From: a virus
IMG/VR virus record: IMGVR_UViG_3300028840_004876
DNA length: 57,483 nt
Direction: 5' to 3' (one strand)
Numbering within the stretch: the stretch's first letter is position 1; each line of letters begins with the position of its first letter. The notes under the pieces are model-generated. The model worked only from the letters and a program-made list of their open reading frames with translations. It ran no database searches and had not been told where the DNA came from. Position numbers and translations under genes: made by a program. Shown in pieces: positions 50,790 through 57,483 of this stretch.

Positions 50790-53700
50790 ATGGCCGAAGA
50801 GCGCATCAGCATCCTCGCTTACCTGAAGGACCAGATCTCGCCGAAGGTCGGCAAGATGGTGCGCGGGTTCCGCGCGCTCGGTAAGGTCCTGAAGACTGCG
50901 AGCTCCGCTGGCACTAAGTCGTTCGGGCTTCTCGGCCGCACTCTCAAGAGCCTGCGCTCGCAGGTCTTCAACCTCCGCAACCTCGTCGCTGGCGCAGCCG
51001 CCGGCGGCATCATCAAGACGTTCTCAGACTTCGAGCGCGGCATGGTGAACGTGTACACCCTGCTCGACGACGCGCCGAAGCACGCCGCGAAGTTCGAGGC
51101 CGGGGTCAAGCGACTTGCCAAGGAGACCGGCGAGTCGCTTGACGATCTGGCCACCGCTCTCTTCGATGCCATATCAGCCGGCGTGGCTCCAGAGGGAGCC
51201 ATCGAGTTCCTGGAGCAGTCGGCCAAGCTCGCGATCGCGGGCAACACCGACATCGCGGCTTCGACCAAGGGCCTCGTGTCCGTCCTCAACGCCTACCACA
51301 TCGGCACCGAACGCGCCGAGGAGGTGAGCGACTCGCTGTTCAAGGCGATGAAGGGCGGCATCACGACCATCGAGCGCATGAGCTCGGTGATGGGCGCGCT
51401 TGCTCCGACCTCGTCTCTCGTCGGTGTTTCGTTCGACGAGATGAACGCCGCCATCGCCGCGGTGACCAAGACCGGCTTGTCCACCGAAGAGGCCGCGACC
51501 GCGATCCTCAACACGTTCAACGTGTTGCTCGCCCCGATGGAAGATGCGGTCAACGAGTCCGAGCGGCTCTCGAAGCTCTTCCCGGAGCTCAACTTCGAGT
51601 TGAGCATCGCGAACCTCCGCGCGAAGGGCCTCGCGCAATTCATGTCAGACTTGGCCACGGTCACCGGTGAAGAGGCCACGGTGATCAAGAAGCTCATCCC
51701 GAACATCCGGGCGTTCAAGGGTGTCGCGGTCCTCGCGTCAGACGGCGCGAAGGAGATCGCTGCCCAGATGGAGCAGATGGCCGAGAAGAGCGGGACCACC
51801 GCTCGCGAATTCGCGAAGGTCGCCGAGACGCTCGACCTCAAGCTCAAGCAGCTGCGTTCGACGTTCGTGATCCTCCTGGTTGAGATCGGCCGGGCTGCGA
51901 AGCCGTTCATCGAGCGCACCATCGAGCGTCTCCGCGAGTGGATCGAGTACGTGACCACGCGCCAGAACACGATCCGCGTGTGGGTCGAGACGATCCTTCG
52001 CTCGCTGCGCCAGCTGGTGGTCGTGGCCAAGGAGCTCGTTAAGAACCTGGACGTCGTCCCGGCACTCGTGAACTCGATGATCACGGGCATCACGCTGCTG
52101 GTGCGACTCTTCTGGGCTTCCCTCCCGTTGCTCCTGTCCACGGTCACGCTCATCGGCAAGCAGCTCGGGACTGCGTTGATGGTCGCGATCGTTGGAGCGT
52201 CGAAGGAACGCATCGCGACTGAGCTGGCCACCGGTGACATCGGGCTCATGCGCGAGCTCTTGCTGAAGGCCGGACTCGGTGGCGAGGAAGTCGACCGGCT
52301 CAAGGAGATCGGGAATCGACTGCCCGTGGTTCGCGAGGAGCTCAAGCAGCTTCAGCGCATCGCGGACAACCCGGAGCACTTCGCGCGACTCGGTGACTTG
52401 TCCCATGGCGATCCGCAGGCGGACGCGATGTTCCGCAGGTTTGCGGAACTGGCCGAGATGTACACCGATCGCCGTCGGCTCTTCAACGCTGAGGTGAAGA
52501 AGCTTCAGGACGAGCAGACGCGACTCGAGGGCGAGCTCAGCGGCCAGATCACTGACGGCTTGCTTGACGCGGATAAGGCCGCGGTGCGCGAGCGGTCGCA
52601 GAAGTTCATCGAGGACGCTGGCCGCATCATCGGCGAGGAGCTTCCGAACATCGCGCAGGGCCTCGCGCCTGGGTCGCGTCAGGCCATTGATGACCTGATC
52701 AAGATGTGGTCCGATGAGCTCAGCGCGAAGCTCAGAGGAGCGCAAGGTCGCGACGCGCTTCGCAGCGTGGTCGATGCTGTGCGCAAGGGCATCGCAGACA
52801 TCGGCGCCGGCGTGCGGCCGGTTCCGAACTTGCTGTACGAGGCTCTCGGTCTCGGCGCATTCGCTGGCAGCGATGGGGCGAAGAGCGCAAAGCCTGGCGT
52901 GAACATCGAGCAGGTCGTTCAGCGGGTCACCGCCGAGTTCGAGAAGCTCGAGAAGCGGATGGAGGCATTCCGCACCAAGCGCGACACCGCTCGCGAGCTC
53001 GGTGAGGGCGGGTTCATCTTCCCGGCTGAGGCAGTCGAGCGAGAGCAGGAAGCCATCGCGGCAATGCGCGGCGAGATCGGTCGCTTCGATCAGCTGCTCG
53101 AGTCCTTCTTCGCGAAGGCGAACTCTGAGGAAGCGGCGATCCTTCAGACTGAGCTACGTCAGATCATCGAGCAGCTCGGTCTGGTCAAGCGCGAAGTCGC
53201 AGGTGCCGACGAGGTTCAGGGAACGTTCTGGACGGGCATGGCGGCCGGGATCCAGAATACGCTTGAGGATCTCGCGGATCTCCGCCAGCTCGGTGTTGAG
53301 GTAGGGACCAAGTTCGTCACCGACGTCGCGGGCAAGATCGCGGACGCCTTCGTGGAGATGAAGGGTTCGTGGTCTGAGTTCGTGGTGAGCTTCCTCAAGG
53401 GCCTCTCGAAGATGATTCTTCAGGCGGCGATCGCGGGCGCGATGATCAAGGCGCTTGGCCCCGGCGGGTTGAACATCCTCCCGGCAACTGGGCGTCTCGG
53501 CGGTCTCTTGCGACGCAACGCGGGCGGTCCCATCCCCGGCCCGCGCCACGTGCGCAGCGACGTCGTCCCGGCGGTCCTCGCCCCTGGCGAGTTCGTGATC
53601 CCCAGGGACGCCGTGGATTTCTACGGCTCCGGGGCCATGGAGGCTCTACGCCGTAGGATGGTCCCACGCAGTGCTCTAGCAACCCTGGGTTCGCGTCCCT

Positions 53701-53894
53701 CGGCCCGTACGCTCAAGCGCGGGTTCCAGACAGGAGGCTCGGTGGATGCGGGTGGAGGCATGCTGAGGGCCGTGGTCGTGGGGTCCGAAAGCGAAGTCGA
53801 GAGACTCGTCGCGGGCGGGCGTCGCGCGTTCCTCGACTTCCTCGCTGAGGAAGACGCATCCCGCTACAGCCGACGTGGAGGAATGCCGGCATGA
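50790..53894 (+). CDS. Tape measure protein (1034 aa)
   Basis: The size, helical low-complexity composition and position all fit a tape measure protein. Confidence 0.85.
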   Translation: MAEERISILAYLKDQISPKVGKMVRGFRALGKVLKTASSAGTKSFGLLGRTLKSLRSQVFNLRNLVAGAAAGGIIKTFSDFERGMVNVYTLLDDAPKHAAKFEAGVKRLAKETGESLDDLATALFDAISAGVAPEGAIEFLEQSAKLAIAGNTDIAASTKGLVSVLNAYHIGTERAEEVSDSLFKAMKGGITTIERMSSVMGALAPTSSLVGVSFDEMNAAIAAVTKTGLSTEEAATAILNTFNVLLAPMEDAVNESERLSKLFPELNFELSIANLRAKGLAQFMSDLATVTGEEATVIKKLIPNIRAFKGVAVLASDGAKEIAAQMEQMAEKSGTTAREFAKVAETLDLKLKQLRSTFVILLVEIGRAAKPFIERTIERLREWIEYVTTRQNTIRVWVETILRSLRQLVVVAKELVKNLDVVPALVNSMITGITLLVRLFWASLPLLLSTVTLIGKQLGTALMVAIVGASKERIATELATGDIGLMRELLLKAGLGGEEVDRLKEIGNRLPVVREELKQLQRIADNPEHFARLGDLSHGDPQADAMFRRFAELAEMYTDRRRLFNAEVKKLQDEQTRLEGELSGQITDGLLDADKAAVRERSQKFIEDAGRIIGEELPNIAQGLAPGSRQAIDDLIKMWSDELSAKLRGAQGRDALRSVVDAVRKGIADIGAGVRPVPNLLYEALGLGAFAGSDGAKSAKPGVNIEQVVQRVTAEFEKLEKRMEAFRTKRDTARELGEGGFIFPAEAVEREQEAIAAMRGEIGRFDQLLESFFAKANSEEAAILQTELRQIIEQLGLVKREVAGADEVQGTFWTGMAAGIQNTLEDLADLRQLGVEVGTKFVTDVAGKIADAFVEMKGSWSEFVVSFLKGLSKMILQAAIAGAMIKALGPGGLNILPATGRLGGLLRRNAGGPIPGPRHVRSDVVPAVLAPGEFVIPRDAVDFYGSGAMEALRRRMVPRSALATLGSRPSARTLKRGFQTGGSVDAGGGMLRAVVVGSESEVERLVAGGRRAFLDFLAEEDASRYSRRGGMPA

Positions 53895-54946
53895 CGCTGC
53901 GAATCATCGAAGGCTTCGATCTCTTCACCGCGAGTGCGCTCGGGCGCGCGGACATCGCGCGTCGTTGGTCGGGTGCGAACACCAGCCTCGACGCGTCAGG
54001 ACCGCAGACCGAGACCGGGCACCATCATGGTCTCGCGTGGGAGGCGATCGCAACCGCCGAGACGCTTCACACTCGCACACTCACTGAGGACACCGAGTGG
54101 ACGCTCGGCTTCGACGTCTCGTTGAAGAACTCGCCTGTCACCACCGGGCTGCGCGTTCGGTTCTACCTCAGCGGCGTGCTACAGCTTGAGTTCAAGCCGA
54201 AGAGCACCGCAGCGGGCAGCACGACGTTCGGGTTCTATCGCGGCGCAACGCAGGTCGGCAGTGACCTGGTGTTGACCGCAGCGGCGAGCAAGACCTCCTG
54301 GCAGTACGTTGAGATCAGGGTCAAGTTCAGCGCGACGGCTGGCGAGGTTGAGGCTTACGTAGACGGCGTTCAGTCGTTCGCAGCCACGGCGCTCAACACA
54401 GTAGACACGGGCGCAGGTGGCGCGGACTCGTTTGATGTTACGATCCAAGACGATGGTGGCACAGGGTGGACGTTGCTCGACCACCTCTACGCGATGGACG
54501 CGTCGGGCGGTTCCTTCCTCGGCGTGCAAGTCGTCGAGGAGAGGGTCGCGACTGCGGACGGCACAACGTCCGGGTGGACGCCGAGCACCGGGACCGATCA
54601 CTACGCGATGGTGGACGAGGCTGCCGCGGATGACGCCGCAACGTACTTGGAGTCAGACGCGGACGACGAGCTCGATCTCATGGACTACGAGAACCTCGCT
54701 TCGATCGCCGGTGCGATCGAGGGCGTGGAAGTGGAAACGCAGGCCGCGGTCTCCTCGTGGGGAACGCGGAAGATGAAGCCCATGGTGCGGACCAACTCGA
54801 CCAACGTCGAAGGCGACGAGGAGACCGTCAACTCGGCCACGTTCGCCGCGTTCCGTCAGATGTGGGAAGACAATCCGGAGGCCGGTGGGGCCTGGACGCC
54901 CGCCGCAGTCAACGCCGCTGAGTTCGGCGTTAAGCGGTCCGGCTGA
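53891..54946 (+). CDS. Tail protein (351 aa)
   Basis: ATGA overlap with the tape measure stop. Confidence 0.55.
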   Translation: MTLRIIEGFDLFTASALGRADIARRWSGANTSLDASGPQTETGHHHGLAWEAIATAETLHTRTLTEDTEWTLGFDVSLKNSPVTTGLRVRFYLSGVLQLEFKPKSTAAGSTTFGFYRGATQVGSDLVLTAAASKTSWQYVEIRVKFSATAGEVEAYVDGVQSFAATALNTVDTGAGGADSFDVTIQDDGGTGWTLLDHLYAMDASGGSFLGVQVVEERVATADGTTSGWTPSTGTDHYAMVDEAAADDAATYLESDADDELDLMDYENLASIAGAIEGVEVETQAAVSSWGTRKMKPMVRTNSTNVEGDEETVNSATFAAFRQMWEDNPEAGGAWTPAAVNAAEFGVKRSG

Positions 54947-54960
54947 GAAAGGAGACCGAG

Positions 54961-55542
54961 ATGGATTCGTGGGACCCGACTGGGTCGAACACGCTCGACT
55001 TCGCGGATCTCCCCGAGGACCTCTACGCACTGTTCCTTCAGCCCGTGCGCAAGGAAGAGTTCGAGGCCACGGAGGAGGATCCCGATACGGGCGAGATGGT
55101 TCGTGTGAAGCGCGAGCGCTGGGCCATCACCGAGAGCCGCCGTCGTCACCGTGTGGGCGGAGTGCCCGACGAGCAGACGTCCGGCATCGAGAACGGCTTG
55201 CTCGTCCGGCGCCAGCGGACCAAGTGCACCATCGCGAACGCGGAGTTCGTCGGTGATCTCGTGCGCGTTCGTAAGGCCGTCTGCGTTCCGGACCCCGAAG
55301 ACGACCTGGACGACGGGCACATGCTGATCGTCGAGAAGAGCGTCAGCTTCGAGACCGAAGAGACGCCGAGCGCCGTCGTTCTCAACGAGACGTACATGCC
55401 GGGCGTTCCGGTGTGGCCCGAGCCCCACAAGGGCGCGACGCACGTGCGCATCGGCGTCGTGCGCGTCTCGCAGTTCGACGGACCGGATCGTCGTCCGGTC
55501 GAGCCGATCATGCTCGTCCCTGTTCTCGGAAAGGAGGACTGA
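54961..55542 (+). CDS. Hypothetical tail protein (193 aa)
   Basis: aaggaga RBS upstream. Confidence 0.55.
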   Translation: MDSWDPTGSNTLDFADLPEDLYALFLQPVRKEEFEATEEDPDTGEMVRVKRERWAITESRRRHRVGGVPDEQTSGIENGLLVRRQRTKCTIANAEFVGDLVRVRKAVCVPDPEDDLDDGHMLIVEKSVSFETEETPSAVVLNETYMPGVPVWPEPHKGATHVRIGVVRVSQFDGPDRRPVEPIMLVPVLGKED

Positions 55543-55543
55543 C

Positions 55544-56011
55544 ATGGCCAGTGCGGTCAAGTTCGTCAGCAACAACTTCCTCGCCGAGCTCCTCAAGGGC
55601 AACGTCGACATGGACGCTGATACCCTGAAGACGCTGCTCGTCCAGTCCACGAACGACATGGACGACGAGGACGACAACGTCGGCGATATCACCACTCTCG
55701 GTGAGCTCTCCGTCACGGGGTACACCGGCGGGCACGGCGGGGCGGGGCGGAAGACGCTGAGCTCCATCACCATCGCCGTGGACGACGGCAACAACCGCGC
55801 GACGTTCGCGGCGGCCGATCAGACGTGGACGTCGCTCGCGTCGGGTCAGACGATCAAGGGTGCGATCTTCCACAGGGCGGGAACGGCCAGCGACGCGGAT
55901 GCGCTGCTCATCGGGTTCTGGCCTGCGGACCTGCCGACCAACGGTGGCGACGTGACGCTCGCGTACACGGGCGGCTTCCCGATGATCCTCACTCGGGCCA
56001 CCGGCTCGTAG
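55544..56011 (+). CDS. Hypothetical tail protein (155 aa)
   Basis: aaggagg RBS upstream. Confidence 0.55.
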   Translation: MASAVKFVSNNFLAELLKGNVDMDADTLKTLLVQSTNDMDDEDDNVGDITTLGELSVTGYTGGHGGAGRKTLSSITIAVDDGNNRATFAAADQTWTSLASGQTIKGAIFHRAGTASDADALLIGFWPADLPTNGGDVTLAYTGGFPMILTRATGS

Positions 56012-56024
56012 TCACAGCAATTCA

Positions 56025-56053
56025 GCGGCGCGCTCTTCGGGGCGCGCCGCTTT
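56025..56053 (+). terminator. Intrinsic terminator gcggcgcgc-tcttcggg-gcgcgccgc followed by ttt
   Basis: 9-bp GC stem followed by TTT. Confidence 0.6.
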
Positions 56054-56063
56054 GGAGGTTCGG

Positions 56064-56417
56064 ATGGCGAATGAGATTCTTGTCTTGCCGGGTAGCGTGG
56101 GGCATGTTCATCTCGGCATGGTGTACGACATCCCGCTCGCGCAACGGATCGAGGTACCCGGCTCGCCGGGCACGTGGCACGTCGTGTCTCCAACGGCTGA
56201 GATTCGCGACGAGGCCCTGGCACTGATGACGGTCGATCAGAAGACGGCTCTGGACAATGGCACGGCGCTGTATCGGGAGCGAAGTCTGCCCACCACACTC
56301 GACGGTGCCGAGCTGCTCGCGGCCGTTCGCGCGTTCTATGAGGGGTGGAAGAGCTCGCTTCTCGCGCAGTACGTCGGCCGCTATCAGCACGCAGGCAAGA
56401 CGTTCGACGCCGAGTAA
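56064..56417 (+). CDS. Hypothetical protein (117 aa)
   Basis: The start was moved to ATG 56064, which lies 5 nt after ggagg. Confidence 0.5.
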   Translation: MANEILVLPGSVGHVHLGMVYDIPLAQRIEVPGSPGTWHVVSPTAEIRDEALALMTVDQKTALDNGTALYRERSLPTTLDGAELLAAVRAFYEGWKSSLLAQYVGRYQHAGKTFDAE

Positions 56418-56426
56418 GGAGGGACG

Positions 56427-56771
56427 ATGGCCCCTACGAAAGACAGAGCCGCAATCACTCAGCTCACGGCGACCGGGAACTCCACAGACCTCGATGTCTC
56501 CGGCGCGTACCGCGCGAGTCTTGGGATCGAGCACAACAACGGCACCGGCACGATCACCGTCGGCGCGCAGATCGACGTGCGAGTGAAGCCCGCGAGCGGC
56601 TCGTGGTACGTCCTCACGACGATCACCGCGAACCTCACCGCGTCATCTCAGCAGACGTGGGTCGTCGACATCCCTGATGGAATGGCCAGCGTCGATCTGG
56701 ACTACACTGCCCCGACGGGTTCCACGGGCCACACGCTCGACGCCGAGGTCGGGCGGATCACGGCGGTTTAA
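56427..56771 (+). CDS. Hypothetical protein (114 aa), probably beta-rich
   Basis: taaggaggg RBS upstream. Confidence 0.5.
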   Translation: MAPTKDRAAITQLTATGNSTDLDVSGAYRASLGIEHNNGTGTITVGAQIDVRVKPASGSWYVLTTITANLTASSQQTWVVDIPDGMASVDLDYTAPTGSTGHTLDAEVGRITAV

Positions 56772-56774
56772 CTG

Positions 56775-57483
56775 ATGCGCTTCCCGCCGACCATCGCCGT
56801 GTTGAACCGCGAGCACCCGCTCGCTCGCGGTCTCATGTTCGCGATCCCGATGAACGAGGGAGCGGGCGCGACGATTCGGGAACACGTTGGCGGGACCAGC
56901 GCAGTCTCTTCTGTGACACCGACATGGGTCCGACGCGACTTCGGCCCCATGATCGACTTCGGCGCAAACGCGGCCTACTTCGCCGCGCCGCACACCGTCA
57001 CCGACGCTGATCTTGACGGGCCGACATCGGCGTTCTTGATCGCGGAAGAAGCGGGCAACTCATTCCTCAACTTCCTGGTCATCGAGGGTGAGTCCGGGAC
57101 GTATCACTTCGCGTTCAACCCGTCCCGAAACGGTGGCGCGTTCACACTGAAGAACACCCCCAACAACGATGGCTTGAAGTTCGGCGTGGCGTTGAACGAC
57201 CACTCGTGGGCGTACACAAACACGGGCGGGGACATCGAGACGAACGGTACTGCGTACCTCGACGGTCTGCCGTACTCAACTTCAACCGGGAAGACAGACG
57301 CCTCCAGCCAGCCAGCGGGCGCGTACCTTCTCGGCGGCGTCGGGGGCAACGGGTATCACCGATGCGGACCGATCTACCTCTGGCGGCGAGTTCTCACGCC
57401 GGAGGAGATATGGGAGCTTCACAACGACCCGTGGGTGATGTTTCGCCCGGCGGCGAGACCTGTTTCCCTGTGGGTGCCCGGTG
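56775..57483 (+). CDS. Upstream part of the wrap-around tail gene: LamG / concanavalin-A-like lectin domain. It has no stop before the window end.
   Basis: My own translation from ATG 56775 is open to the window end. The ending GAYLLGGVGGNGYHRCGPIYLWRRVLTPEEIWELHNDPWVMF is typical of Laminin_G_3-type phage tail domains. The ORF is absent from the track because no stop is reached. Confidence 0.75.
   Translation, partial: MRFPPTIAVLNREHPLARGLMFAIPMNEGAGATIREHVGGTSAVSSVTPTWVRRDFGPMIDFGANAAYFAAPHTVTDADLDGPTSAFLIAEEAGNSFLNFLVIEGESGTYHFAFNPSRNGGAFTLKNTPNNDGLKFGVALNDHSWAYTNTGGDIETNGTAYLDGLPYSTSTGKTDASSQPAGAYLLGGVGGNGYHRCGPIYLWRRVLTPEEIWELHNDPWVMFRPAARPVSLWVPG
57340..57483. repeat. Second copy of the 144-bp terminal overlap
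   Basis: Identical to 1..144. Confidence 0.95.

Overview
The window is a complete, circularly closed genome of a GC-rich tailed phage. The first 144 nt (1..144) are identical to the last 144 nt (57340..57483), so the unique length is 57,339 bp, and one tail gene reads through that junction. I found no integrase, tRNA, rRNA, CRISPR array or IS element. All roughly 72 credible genes are on the + strand. The long minus-strand ORFs in the track look like antisense artefacts of GC-rich DNA. Many genes are joined by ATGA or GTGA stop/start overlaps. Modules in window order: (i) tail tip, 1..6822, with a DUF2460-like domain and lambda gpL/gpK/gpJ-like or GTA g13-g15-like genes; (ii) replication and nucleotide metabolism, 7130..19928, with an SNF2 helicase, a possible SSB, a DnaG-type primase fused to an MCM-like AAA+ helicase, a MazG-like NTP pyrophosphohydrolase, a ThyA-family enzyme carrying the cytosine-specifying Asp, a Tmk-like kinase, a family-A DNA polymerase and a C5-cytosine methyltransferase-like gene; (iii) small early genes, 19929..27200, in repeated promoter/leader/terminator cassettes, interrupted by a three-gene nucleotide-sugar operon (RmlC-like, RmlD-like, SDR epimerase/reductase); (iv) more DNA metabolism, 27214..34718, with a SprT-like metalloprotease, ATP-dependent ligase, ThyX, a possible DNA glycosyl/group transferase and a VRR-NUC nuclease; (v) an HTH regulator flanked by palindromic operators, then packaging, head and siphovirus-type tail genes, 35111..57483. 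The most interesting hypothesis is a distributed DNA cytosine hypermodification system: dCMP C5-modification at the nucleotide-pool level, phage-made 6-deoxyhexose nucleotide sugar, and a candidate transferase. Also notable are two diverged copies of a ~200-bp composite inverted-repeat element at module boundaries. All homology calls come from motif recognition by eye and memory. No searches or computations were run, and several start codons were moved from the track using RBS position and overlap logic.
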